A stretch of DNA of 63,736 bases, filler included, from Octopus bimaculoides (Eukaryota), in NCBI RefSeq assembly GCF_001194135.2. It is 3 parts of 3 records of this genome, joined end to end, with 100 filler letters (N's around TTAATTAATTAA, not from the genome) between each part and the next. Parts side by side here need not be neighbours in the genome. Positions count along the whole stretch, not along the records: positions 26,759 to 57,906 come from NC_068983.1; 2 more parts are not named here. The stretch is one strand, 5' to 3'. Under the pieces are notes generated by a model, which searched no databases, was not told the DNA's origin, and saw only the letters and a program-made list of their open reading frames with translations. How positions within the stretch are numbered: the first letter of the stretch is position 1; the number at the start of each line of letters is the position of its first letter. The translations under genes were made by a program, and so were the position numbers. Of this stretch, positions 36,762 through 50,594 are shown piece after piece.

Positions 36762-38841
36762 TATCCTTCCTTTGCTGGCAGGGTTTATGCTGGCAATTAG
36801 ACAGCCTCTGATGGGCCCAAGGACTGTTCTGTGCTCCACTGTCTGCTTTGGCATTAGTTTCAATGGCTTGATGCCCTCCCTAACACCAACCACTTTCCTC
36901 ATGCACTGGGTGCTTTTGTGCCTCCAATACCAGTGAGGTTGCCATTGAACTTGCAAAACTACAAGCTTCAAGGTAGTGTGTCTTTATGGGAGAAGACATA
37001 GGCTTAAAGTATGAGAAAAGGGGCCAGAGAAGATTTCTTGTCGCAAAGGAGCTGCATAGCTATAAACATAGAAGAGAGTATGATAGTAGTTCGAGTGGAA
37101 CTAAAAAGAGATGAAACTAATTTATATTAACTATTTTTAATTAAATATTGTATTATGATATATTTGCATATGTGTGTGTGTGTGTGTGTGTGTGTTTCAG
37201 TGTAACTTTACCTGTATAGGTTATGAGCATAATTTAGTTGGAAGTCTTAAATTGAAATAATGATTATTGTATCAGAGACAGACATGTATACTTTTGGTAA
37301 TTAATAAATTAGCAACAGCAAGAGAGAAAAGGAGAAGTCAGAGAGCAGAGCAGGAGAGAAAGCCTCTGGAGACAGGAGTAGCTCAATAAAAAAATAAAAC
37401 AGATAATTGATAAAAACGAGAATATTTAATTACTCGAGTCCTAATATGGTTATGGCTTGGCGAAATAAACTGTGCAAAAGCATAACTATATCATCATCAG
37501 CATTGTCCAGTGTTTTAAATCTGGGTTTTGTTTCCGTTAACGGGGGTGGCTGGATCTACCTCAATGCCATAGCAACTGAGGCAGGCAAGTGCAGCCCACA
37601 CCAATCTTTGGGTTGGCTGGTGCCCGTTCTCCTTTGCTATCATGAGGCCTTTTTGGAGCTGGATTTTCTACGAGGAGCATGCCCTTGTTTACTCCAAACC
37701 TCAGTTTCTAGACATGAGTGGTCCCGAGACCAAGGCCTCTACCACGGTTTTTAAGAAGTGTGGTGGAAAACTAGCTCAGGAAGGCAGGGACACTACTCCC
37801 TGAGACCCCTTTTGGAGCCCCCTACCTATATATATATATATGAGCGTGGCCGTTGCCAGTACCACCTGACTGGCCTTTGTGCGGGTGACACGTAAAAGCA
37901 CCCACTACACTCTCTGAGTGGTTGGCGTTAGGAAGGGCATCCAGCTGTAGAAACTCTATATATATTCTGTGCATGAACAAATTCCTTTGCACGCACACAT
38001 CCACATGCACACTTTTCATATATCATCTATGTTTATCATATGTGTGTGTGTAAATGTTTTCAGCATGGTATAAAAAGTGATATCAAACTAGATAGAACTT
38101 CCTATTTAAAAATGCTGAATTTGTCCTGGTATTTTGGGTTATAAACTCCTTAGCAAACATTCTAATGGGAAAAAAGTGATATTTGCATCTATCTACATAT
38201 CTATTTATATATGCATGTATGTATATGTAAGTATATGTACTTATGTATGTGTATGGTATGTGTATACACAGAGACACACACACAAACACATATATATAGA
38301 AAAGCACTCAGGCCACCCTGCTGAGTGGTTGGTGGTAGGAAGGGCATCCAGCTGTAAAAGCCTTACCAAAACAAATGCAGAATTCTGGTGCAGGCTTCTG
38401 CCTGACCATCTCCTGTCAAACCAACCCACCCATGCCAGCAGGGAAGGCGGACGTTAAATGACGACGACGATGATGATGATGATGATGATGATNNNNNNNN
38501 NNNNNNNNNNNNNNNNNNNNNNNNNNNNNNNNNNNTATATATTCTTTCACTTGTTTCGCTCATTTGACTGTGGCCATGCTGGAGCACCACCTTTAGTCAA
38601 ACAAATCAACCCCAGCACTTATTCTTTGTAACCCAAGTACTTATTCTATTAGTAATTTTTACCAAACCGCTAAGTTATGGGGATGTAAACACTAACATTG
38701 GTTGCCAAGCAACGTTTGGGGGGGAGGGAAGACAGACATACACAAAAATACACACACACACACACAAACACACATATGGATGGATAGATAGATAGATAGA
38801 TAGATAGATAGACAGACAGAGAGATAGACAGACAGACAGAC

Positions 38842-38890
<49 letters not shown>

Positions 38891-40132
38891 TTGCTAGATT
38901 TGCTAAAGTGAGAGTAGCTAAAAAGCATACTTTCGAAAGTAAGAACTGTGGTTAATATGAAACATTGTAAGGCAGTGCTCCAGCATGGCCGTAGTCTAGA
39001 GCAAGTAAAGACCTATGTACCATTATACATACTGACATTCACCACAAACATATGCTCATACACTTATCATCATGCGGAGGCATAGTAATTACATACCTTA
39101 GATTCATCTTACTTTCAAAATAACAAGTTTTTCAAAAGCAAAACCTGTCGTTATCTTGTAATCTACTAAGATGAAAGATTCACTACATGGCTGAATTTGG
39201 TTGTTAACTTTAGCATATCACCCAGAACAAGAATTGGCACTTTAAATCCATCTCATTAACATTGCTCTAATTTTCTAAAAGGCTAACATCAAATGATTGG
39301 AATTACTTTTATTTCAAAAATCCATGCTGTTAATTTTTTTTTTTTTCAAATCTACTTTAACTGTTGCCGGCTGGTAGAAATTCAGATAAAATATTCAAGC
39401 AGATCGTGAAGGTATCTACTTAACTTGAGATTCTGTTGCACTACTGAAATGAAGGCTGAATCATGCCAAGGATATTACTGGTATCATTTTTTGATGACTT
39501 GGTACTGTGTAACTCTCTTTGGTAATCTTTAGTGTTCACGGCGGTCAGTTGACAGCATTGGGATATCAACTGCTACAATATATTACTTAGACATACACAT
39601 ACATACACACATGTACACACACACACACACACTCATAGTAATAATAAATATGGAAAATGTAATTGGTAATTTCAGCCTTATAAAACATACACGTGTTTCA
39701 GTTAATCATGTGTTCTTATTACTTAAGACCATTTGATATAGTATGATTGGCACACTTCTTCAGTATTTGCAGCAGAAAATGCAAGGTTAGTGAGATGCTT
39801 GGCCTGATATAGTCCAGTTGTGCAAATTACATTTAACATTGTTAGTGAAGCAGAATAGAAATGATATTGTGAAGTAATAGTGTACTGTTGACAGAAGATA
39901 GATAAAAGGTTGACTCAACACACACACACACACACACACACACAACACAGCACAAGTATATCTAGTGTGTTTATATGGATATGTGTGTAAATGTGTGTGT
40001 GTGTGTGCTCGCAAACAGAACAATAATATCTAATAGTGTTTGAGGTTCATTTTTGATCCTAAATGATGGAAACTTTCTAATTTCCAGTGTTTCAGTTTAT
40101 TTATTTCTCTTCAATTGTCTTTGATCTTCCAG

Positions 40133-40416
40133 TAACAACAAGCAGTTACCATCAGTCATTTTTGGTATTCCATGAAGAGGGCTACATTGTCTACGAGCCA
40201 AATGACTGTGTCATCCGCAGAGATGTTGGAAAGGAATATGGCAATTTCAAGTTTATCCCTGAAAACCTTGATGCTCCACCATCCTTATGCGAAGAAAACA
40301 AACCCTGCAGTTGGGGCTCAGCTGTGAATATCAAAAATAAGTATATCTATATAAGCCAACCGAGACAAGGGAGAGTCGTGGTGGTTGAGATTACTCATAG
40401 ATGGAACCCTGTCCAG
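40133..40416 (+). CDS. FSTL5: FSTL4/5-like internal exon: start of beta-propeller region
   Basis: Acceptor cttccAG at 40131-40132 and donor GTATGT at 40417 (phase 1/0). Encodes TTSSYHQSFLVFHEEGYIVYEPNDC...CSWGSAVNIKNKYIYISQPRQGRVVVVEITHRWNPVQ, resembling the FSTL4/5 CxWxSAVNV...YIYVxQP..RV segment as I recall it. Confidence 0.92.
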
Positions 40417-40966
40417 GTATGTAGACGTGATTTAACTTCTTTTGAAATACAAAATAATTTCAGGTAATCTCGATCTTCAGCTTGAAGTGGAGGTTGTGTT
40501 AGAACAGGAAAATACTGCATTTTTTAGCTCGAGAGAAACTCTCATAAGGACTTATTGTGCATAAAGGCATTCAAAATTATATTGTTGACAAATGATCCTT
40601 GTCTGCCAATGATATAATTTCAAGTGCTTTTATGCACCATGGGTCCTTACGAGAGATTCAAACATGGTAAATAACAGAGTATTCTGTGACCTCCATGTAA
40701 AGCTGAAGATCAAGACTACATTTTGGTGTTGATACTGCTTCTGTCACTATTAATTATTTTTTTAAAAAAACAATTTAATACTTAAATTATGTCCCAAAAT
40801 ATTGAATTATTTATTCAAAACAACAGACGTTTGATATTAATAATTCTACATTGTAGCCAAAGTTTTTAAAATTATTAGCTTTTTATAACTGCTGTTCAGT
40901 CTTTCTAATTCTTAATTTAAACAATTGTAGATTTTGCAAATATTGTTGTGTCTCAAGAGAGTCATT

Positions 40967-41012
<46 letters not shown>

Positions 41013-41170
41013 GTTAACGTTTGTTTTCCATGCTGGCATGGGTTGGATGGTTTGATTGAAAACTGGTAAGCTGGAGAGCTTCACCAGGTTCCAGTCTGAT
41101 CTGGCAATGTTTCTACGGTTGGATGCTCTTCCGAACACCAACCACTCCGAAAGTGTTTTTTTATGTGCTG

Positions 41171-41400
41171 CCAGCATGGGTGACCTGGCACCAGCATGGG
41201 TGACCTGGCACCAGAATAGGTGACCTGGCACCAGCATGGGTGACCTGGCACCAGCATGGGTGACCTGGCACCGGCATGGGTGACCTGGCACCGGCATGGG
41301 TGACCTGGCACCAGCATGGGTGACCTGGCACCGGCATGGATGACCTGGCACCGGCATGGGTGACCTGGCACTGGCATGGGTGACCTGGCACTAGCATTGG
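41171..41400. repeat. 20-bp minisatellite (ccagcatgggtgacctggca) x 11.5 inside a (GAT)n-tailed retroposon
   Basis: Units start every 20 nt from 41171 to 41391, with few substitutions. Confidence 0.95.
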
Positions 41401-41809
41401 CCACGACTATGGTCTTAGTTGGCTCGACAGGTCTACACAAGCACGGTATATCGCCAAAAGTCTTGGTCACCTGTCACTGCCTCCATGAGACCCATTGATT
41501 GAAGGGTACTTTTTATGTGCCATCTGCACAGGTGCCACTCAAACAGCACTGGTATTGGCCACAACTATGATTATGCCAATAATAAACTTTTTTCCTGGTT
41601 ATGTTTCACTTTTATCATTAAAAGTCCATTGAAAATGGTGGAAAGCTGGCAGAATTGTTCGCACTCTGAGTTCAAATTCTGCTGATGTCGACTTTGCCTT
41701 TCATCCTTTCGGGGGTCAATGAAATAAATACCAGTCATGCACTGGGGTTGATGTTATTGACTATCTCCCTTCCCCTAAAGTTTCAAACCTTGTGCCTATT
41801 GTAGAAAGG

Positions 41810-41874
<65 letters not shown>

Positions 41875-44043
41875 GGTGGCGAGGAACTTAGGTTAGCGAA
41901 CGTTGTACGATAAGTAAATAATATCTTTAAAAGGTGGCGAGCTGGCAGAATCATTAGCATGCTGGGCGAAATGCTTAGCGATATTTTGTCTGTCTTTATG
42001 TTCTGAGTTCAAACTCCGCCGAGGTCGACTTTGCCTTTCATCCTTTTGGGGTCGATAAATTAAATACCATTTGAGTAATGGGGTCAATTTTATCAACATG
42101 TTCCCTTCCCCAAAATTTCAGGACTTGTGCATATAGAAGGAAGGAGTATTATTAGTTAATTAGTTGAGTATTTAATGAATTAACTAATGGCTTGTCTGAT
42201 TAATTGCTCGGTGAATCAATCAACCAGTTGGTTTGTCAAAATTCTTTCATTGCCATTCACAACTTCGTTAATGACATGCCCTCTCTGCTCCAGGTCTGAC
42301 TGAACAATTAATAAGGCAATCAATCAATTAATTGGTTAAACAGTTACCAAATTGGTTAATAATGATAAAAGAAGTAAAATAGAACCAGTGTGTGTGTGTT
42401 CATTGGCATAATGATCTTCCCAAGATAAAACAATATCTGTTTCAACACATGGTTTTACATCAAGAATCTTGTAAACCAAATGCAAAAAACAGAGCATCTG
42501 ACAAATATTTCAATCAAGTAAAAGACTCTTTTGTAGATCTGGGAATATAGCAGTTGTAAATGCCATGCTCTTCCAAGCTGAATTTTTGGTATAACAGAAG
42601 TGGCTTCAGCCATTGAATTAATTCTTTTGAGACCAACACACCTGAGACTCCTCTTAATGTTATGATATAGATTTCCTATTTTAAAATGATTTCAATTAAA
42701 ACCTCCCATCAAGATTCCAGGTTTATAAAGACAGAATTATTTCTCTAAATTCTTTACAATTTTCAAAATTTGGTCAGGAAATAAAAATGAAACCAATTTG
42801 TTAATTTTCATTTTAGATTCACTGTTGAAGTAACTATGTTGACTCTTAGGATTCATAGAGCTGATTACTTGGTTTCCAAAGAGTATAAATGACTGAGATC
42901 CCATCATTCCTTTTTAATGGGGACCTTGGCCTGTTATAGGGTTACTCTTTTACAGCTAACTGGACTGAGCTGGAGCAACATGAAGTCCTGTGTTTTGTTC
43001 GACAGAGCACCTGGTCTGGGAATCTAAGTGATGATCTTGTGATCCTGGGTGCAACATCCTCACCCCTATGCTGTACACCTTCACAGGTTCACAATGCCTG
43101 AAAAAAATATACGAATGTAGAAATTGCTGGGGTCAAAGGTCCTATAAAGTGATGAGCATGTCCCTTCCTCTGGACCAATCTGCTAAAAAAAAACACAAAT
43201 CAAAGAAAACTATCTGGATTATTTTTGACTTCATTCTTCCTTCCTCTTCAACTTGGTCTCTGTCTAAATGCCAACAATGTTGTGTGATGTAGCAATGGGA
43301 CATGGCTTAATGGGTAGTGTATTCAACTCACAATCATAAGATCATGAGTTCAATTCTTGGTGGTGCATTGTGCCGTTGAGTGGGACACTTTATTTCATGT
43401 TGCTCCTGAAATACTCAGCCACCAAAAATGAGTGGTACTTGTAATTCAGAAGAGTCACCCTTGTCACCTCTGGCATCATGAATCTCCCTGAGAACTATAT
43501 CAAGAGTATGGGTGTCTGATGAGGGCCCAACCACCTGAATGTTTATTTCAAAAGCTGGCTGTTCTCTTGATCAGATCAGCTAGAAACCATCTCATCATGA
43601 CTGTTGTGGTAAAAGTCACAACACCCCCTTGCAAGAATAGACTTGACCGAATGACTATAAATAGTTGCGGTCTGAGTGAGAGACAGGAGGTAGTAAGCGT
43701 TAATCGCAGGAATTTGTCAGGTGTTGTTTTGGCAGTTTGTTGGAATATCGTTTGTTGGTTTGTGGAGAGTTGGTTGGATTGTTATGTTGTTGTTACTCTG
43801 CTTCGTTATATATTTTATTGTCACTACACAGTTATAGTGTAAACAAGTATTGTCTTAAATAATGGCAATAATTGGTGACGAGTAACTATGTCACAAATAT
43901 AACCGAATGCTATTTAGTTTTGTGTGGTATTTTACCAACTTCAAAAACTCATGAAATATAAGTATTTTTTCTGCAAGTAACATTTGTTTCAAATCTTTTA
44001 TGGCTTCTTAAACAATAATGTTTTTTTTAAATTCTGATTAAGT

Positions 44044-44182
44044 GTTGTGTTAATTGCATAATATTTCAAATTGATTTACACCTTAATGAATATATTTGCA
44101 GGTAATTTACACCGTTGTGTTAATTGCTTAATGTTTCAAATTGATTTACACCTTAATGAATATATTTGCAGGTAATTTACAC
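44044..44182 (+). repeat. 70-bp-period tandem duplication spanning the intron/exon boundary
   Basis: 44044-44112 vs 44114-44182 differ at 2 positions; both contain tatatttgcAG|GTAATTTACAC. Confidence 0.95.
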
Positions 44183-44357
44183 TGACAAAGACCCTGTTTC
44201 AATGTTTTACATTGAAAGTTTGGATCAAGTCTGGGTTCTCTGCTGGAATAATGAAGTTGATACTGGTTCCAAGACAATTGTTGTCATCAGAGAAGCATCA
44301 CAGGACAAACAGCATCATGCTGTTCACACACAACCAATTGGAAATAGATTCGATTTG
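44172..44357 (+). CDS. FSTL5: FSTL4/5-like internal exon (beta-propeller region)
   Basis: Acceptor tttgcAG ends at 44171 and donor GTAAGA starts at 44358 (phase 0/0, 62 codons). Encodes VIYTDKDPVSMFYIESLDQVWVLCWNNEVDTGSKTIVVIREASQDKQHHAVHTQPIGNRFDL. The DQVWVL and HH.VHTQP.G..FD motifs are characteristic of vertebrate FSTL4/FSTL5. Confidence 0.95.
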
Positions 44358-44459
44358 GTAAGAATTAACAGTTTTGGCCACTAAAATATTTTTCACTTTT
44401 CTTTTTCTCTTCCTTCCATTTTCAGTCTCTGTTATTAACAACAGCATCTTTATTTTAAT

Positions 44460-44539
44460 GCCACCACCGCCATTATTATCATCATCAGTGATGCCACACC
44501 ACTTGTGCTATCATCCTTTCATCATCATCATCATTGTTG

Positions 44540-44577
<38 letters not shown>

Positions 44578-44760
44578 GTCAACATAGCTACATTCATTAT
44601 TGTCATCTTCAACATCATCATCATCACTATCATCATCATCATCGTCATTATCATCACCATCATTGTCATCGTCAACATAGCTACATCATCTTCATCATCT
44701 TCATTATTGTCATCATCATCATCATCATCATCACTACCACCACAGCTATTATCATCACCA
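44460..44760. repeat. Degenerate (CAT)n microsatellite just downstream of exon 44172-44357
   Basis: Directly visible; explains the poly-His/Ile/Met ORFs. Confidence 0.95.
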
Positions 44761-47700
44761 TCTTTTAATGTATTGATTGAACAGACTAAGATATTTGTGG
44801 TTTGCTGTGGTGAACAAAGTCGGAATGGATAAAATGGGTGAAAGCCAAACTTGTGAATATTCCAAAACTTGTACACATTCCAAACCTTCCTGCTGACATT
44901 CGTGGAATTGTTTTGCTTTTATCCAATAACCTGTCAGGAATTTGACAACAAAGCTTCAGAGTTTTGATTTTGATTGGGCCATTAGCAAGATCTCACCATT
45001 CTATAGATAAATCTTTGGTCAGCCACAACTGGAGACTGATTTCATTGTATCTTCTGTTCAATCTCGTCTTCCATCATATTAAATTTCCTCTGCATTTTAG
45101 CAGCATTGAAATGTTATTTTAGTTTATGCTGTTGTTTTGTTTTCCTTTGTTTGTTTTTATCAGCAATAAATGTTTTTCTTTGTTTGTTGCTGTTTTTGCT
45201 CTTTTATAAAGAACAATCATAACCAAAAATCCAGATAAGCTAAGGTTTAAAATAGTAGATTTGTGATTTTCTTATGACGGGTGATATCAACTTTCTTTTA
45301 TTTTTCCAAATCCTGTTTGAAAAGGAATAGCATTTCCAATCAGCGTTATTTTGGAAATGGTTGTATCATAGCAACAGCCTCTTCTTTTTATTTTTATATA
45401 TATTTTTACCAGAAGCAAGTTTGCTGAAGGGGAAGAATCAAGCAATTGTCTGATGAATTGTTCTGTTGAAGAACTTTGTTATACAATACAAAAGCTTCCT
45501 AATAGAAAATTTTGTTCGAAGGTATAGAACAAGTTAGAGACCTATAAAAATTGCTAAAATCAATAATATCCTTTTTCCAATAGTTTTCTTCCTGATAGAA
45601 CCACAAATTGCTATTAATAACCATCTTATGGGACCTACACTTAGAAATGGTTATTAGTTTTAACATGGTCAGCTATAATGGCATGAGAAGAATTATCATT
45701 CAAGTAAAATGGTTCCTGACAATAATTGACATTTAGAATTGTTTGGTTGCAGAGTTGCTGGTTGAATTCCTTAGAAAACTGAAACAGACTTTAACCTCAA
45801 GGTTTGTTTCTCGTGTGCATGTGTGAAGGTCACAGCTGCAATCATTCTCAACATTACAAAATATTCAGCCATCAAAAACTGGAGTGCCTCACTTTTATCT
45901 CTGCTTGTTTGCTTGCTTGATTGTTTGTTTGTGTGTCTGCTTTGATATCTAAAAAGACAACAAGCAGTTCAATGTTTATGATAATATTTACTAAGGAAAA
46001 TAAAAAAAAATTGATTATTTTCTGTTAGTGTATGAAATTTTTAACTTGTACCAAGCTATTGAGATTTTAAGAAAGTTAACTACCGTTATTCAAATCTTCA
46101 CATACTTCCAAACCTTCACCATCAATATCATCCATCTATACAAATACACACTCAAAGACACATCATCATCATCATTATCGCTGTTTAATGTCCGCTTTCC
46201 ATGCTGGCATGGGTTGAGACAGTTTGACCGAGGACTGGCAAATCAGGAGGCTGCACCAGGATCCAATCTGATTTGGCAAAGTTTCTACAGCTGGATGCCC
46301 TTCCTAATGCCAACCATTCCAAGAGTGTAGTGAGTGCTTCTCACATGTCACTGGCACAGGAGCCAGTCAGGTGGCACTGGTATCAACCATGTTCAGATGA
46401 TGCTTTTTATGTGCCATCTGCATGGAAGCCAGTCCGGCAGCACTGGTATTGACCACACTCAGATGATGCTTGTTACTTGCCGCTGGCATGGGTGCCAGTC
46501 AGGTGGCACAGGCATTGGCCATGACTATGATTTCGTTTGATTCAACAGGTCTTCTCAAGCACAGCATATCTATGAAGGTCTCAGTCACTTGTCACTACCT
46601 CTGTGAGGCCCAACATTGGAAGGTCATGCTTCACTACCTCATCCCATGTCTTCTTGGGTCTACACACGTACACATAGGTGTAATTACATATATGTATATG
46701 CAGTGAAGGTGTGTGGTTTAGGGATTATAGGGTATTTGACTCAGGATTCTGAGTTCAATATCCAATGATATGTTGTGTTCTTGAGCAAGTCACTTTATTT
46801 CACATTGCTCCATTCACACAACTGGCAAAAATAAGTTGTAGCTGTAATTCAAAGGGCCAGCCTTGCCCCATTGTGTGTCATGGTGAATCTTCCTAACAAC
46901 TACATTAAAAATATGCACATCTGTGGAGTACTTGGCCACTTGTATGTTAATTTCACAAGCAAGCTGTTCCGTTGATCAGATCAACTGGAATGCTCATTAC
47001 CATGACTAACGGAGTGCCAGTTTATATATATATATATATATATANNNNNNNNNNNNNNNNNNNNNNNNNNNNNNNNNNNNNNNNNNNNNNNNNNNNNNNN
47101 NNNNNNNNNNNNNNNNNNNNNNNNNNNNNNNNNNNNNNNNNNNNNNNNNNNNNNNNNNNNNNNNNNNNNNNNNNNNNNNNNNNNNNNNNNNNNNNNNNNN
47201 NNNNNNNNNNNNNNNNNNNNNNNNNNNNNNNNNNNNNNNNNNNNNNNNNNNNNNNNNNNNNNNNNNNNNNNNNNNNNNNNNNNNNNNNNNNNNNNNNNNN
47301 NNNNNNNNNNNNAATCAGATTGGAGCCTGGTGTAGCCATCTGGTTTCACCAGTCCTCAGTCAAATCGTCCAACCCCTGCTAGCATGGAAAGCGGACCTTA
47401 AACGATGATGATGATGATGATGATATACATACATATAATTAACATAATAGGTTTAAAAATTTGATATTAATTAATATCAATTTAATACCAGCAAAACCAG
47501 CACATTAAAAGAATCAGAAGATCCAGAAAAAAATTTTCTGAGATCTCAAAAGGATTATTGTATATGTATATATAAAAGAGAACACTAAGTGGACTTCTAA
47601 TGTGGTCTCGCCCGTTTGTTTTTGCTTCGCTGAATTTTTCTTTGAGAATTTTTCAGTGATCTTCTTCTAGCACATTAGTAGTCCACTTCGTGGTCTCTTT

Positions 47701-48255
47701 TATATATACATATACATACATATATATGTATAATCTTTTATTCTTTAACTTGTTTCAGTCATTTTACTGTGGCTTTGCTGGAGCACCACCTTTTAGTCTA
47801 AGAAATCAACCCTGGGATTTGTTCTTTGTAAGCCTGGTACTTATTCTATCAGTCTCTTCTGTTGAACTGCTAAGTTATGAGGACATGAAAAACACCAACA
47901 TTGGTTGTCATGCGATGGTAAGGGGGGACAAACACAGACACACACATACACATAAATATATTCATACACACACACACACACATATATACACGACGGGCTT
48001 CTTTCAGCTTCCATCTACCAAATTCACTCACAAGGCTTTGGTCAACCTGAAGCTATAGTAGAAGACACTTGCCCACGGTGCCATGCAGTGGGACTGAACC
48101 CAGAACCATGTGGTTGGTAAGCAAGCTTCTTACCACACAGCTATTAAAAATATACATATATATANNNNNNNNNNNNNNNNNNNNNNNNNNNNNNNNNNNN
48201 NNNNNNNNNNNNNNNNNNNNNNNNNNNNNNNNNNNNNNNNNNNNNNNNNNNNNNN

Positions 48256-48320
<65 letters not shown>

Positions 48321-50396
48321 GATTGACTTCCATAGTTTCATTATCATCATCATCATTTAATGTCTGTTTCCCATGCTGGCATGGGTTGGACAGTTTGTCA
48401 GGTGCTTGCAGGGCCAGGAAGAGCATCAGGTTCAATAGTCTGGACACACTGCTCAATGTCAGCCACTTTACAAAGTGTACTGTGTGCTGTTTATCTGGCA
48501 TACCAGTACTTTTTACATGGCACCATCACCTGTACTTTTTATGTAGCATCATCACTAATGCTTCTTTATGTGGAACCAACACTTTTTGGTACCTTTTCTG
48601 TGGCACCAGAACCAATACTTTTTACAATGCTACAGTAGAAGACATTTGTCCAAGGTCCCAAGATGTGAGATTGAACACAAGACCATTTAGTTATATAATC
48701 TAACAACATTCAATGCTGTATTTTTTAATGTTATGGTTTTATTATGTCTTCCCAAAATGCTCAATATATTACAATAAGGCTGTGTGTGTAGTTTTCATCT
48801 TAAATATATTAGGGGAAAACATAATCTACATTTGCAGTGACTAAATTAAATTTCTATATTTTAAATTTTAATAGATATTTAATTTAAAATCTATGAATAT
48901 CAATTGTGTTGTTCTCTGCTACATTAACGTGCTGAACTGCACATACACAGCTACATGCACAGATAAACAAACATGTACACATGCATATGTATATGTATTA
49001 TGCATGTATATGAAATCATACGTACATATACATACATACATATATACATATATAGATATACACACATACATATATACATATATACATGCATACATATATA
49101 CATATATATATATACATATATATATATATACATACGTATATACATACATATATATATATTTATATAAGGCTTTTCAATTACTGTCAGGAAGTTGAATTTC
49201 AATTCATGAAACGAAGCAGCCATTTATTTAGATGGAAAATTGAGATATTTGAGTGAACAGGATAAAAATATTTATTGGACACATGATTATTTTAAGGTTA
49301 TCATTTTGTTTGCGGTGTTTACATGGAAACCGAAATTAATGGTTGAGTTTTAAGTTTCACTGAACAGTCCTGGAACACAATATAAGAGTTTTTAGATGTT
49401 GTTTCTTATCAACTGAGCCCTGATTCTGGAGAACTACAATCACAGACATTCAAATACTGACCATTCCATATTCTTCTTTTCTCATTAATTTTCTATCTTG
49501 AACAATATCATGCAATATATCCGTTTATTTTAAGGATAATAGAATATCTGTTTCAAAGGAGGTTTGTTTGACTGCTGTTTCTAACGCTTAAAGAGACCAT
49601 GTTGTGGCATCTACTTTTGTGTAGCTTCCATCAGCACTGTAGTTCATTATCCTCTTTTAATGCCTATGTTTCTGACTCTCATTGGTGATAAATTCTGTGG
49701 TGGATTTGTTTGGGATATTTTCAATGTTTGCCTGAAGTCAGGTCTCTAGTAAATTTGGCATAAGTTTGGAGTTGGAGTGGCTGCGTGGTAAGTAGCTTGC
49801 TTACCAACCACATGGTTCCAGGTTCACATGGTTCCGCCTTCCACAAACAACCTTGAGCAGACTTGAGCCTCAGAAGGTAACTTTTTAGGTGCAATCCCAT
49901 GGTCATTCATGATCGAAAGGGGTCTTTACTCTTTACCCTATGTAAACACTAACTCATTTGTGTGTATATATAGGTGTATGTAGATGTGTGTATATGTGTA
50001 TATATATGGATATATATATATGTATAAATATGTTTATATGAGTACTCTTGTGCATATATGCATGTGTGAATGTGTGAGCATGGATATATATGTATGTGTG
50101 TGTATGTGTGTGTATTCGTATATATATGTGTGCATTCATGTATATATGTGTGTACATGTATATGTATGTCTGTGTGTGTGTGAATGTATATGTGTGTGTG
50201 CATATATATATATATAGATATATATATATATATATACGTATGTGTTTGTATGTGTGCGCATTCGTATGTATGTGTATATATATATATATGTGTGTGTGTT
50301 CATGTATATATGTGTGTACGTGTATATATATATATGTATGTGTGCATATATATATATGTATGTATGCATGTATCAATAGAGATAGATATGTTTGTA

Positions 50397-50467
<71 letters not shown>

Positions 50468-50594
50468 TGTGCAGATCTGTACAAATAAGAATTCCATATA
50501 TATTTGGTTGACTTATCCCAAACCTCAACCTGAATCTGCAATGATTGTATTTGGGATTATTTTCATCCTTGTCTATCTTCCTAATATTTTCCAG

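Noticed and set aside
41171-41400. CRISPR-like regular repeat with internal dyad
   Set aside because: Units are directly adjacent with no unique spacers, there are no cas genes, and the context is eukaryotic. The same applies to the 33/34-bp satellite.
50541-50594. In-frame ATG plus hydrophobic MIVFGIIFILVYLPNIFQ before the last exon, resembling a signal peptide of an alternative first exon
   Set aside because: T-rich acceptor tracts translate to F/I/L/V by default, a similar stretch precedes exon 31742, and there is no promoter evidence. Only 5' RACE or CAGE could rescue it.
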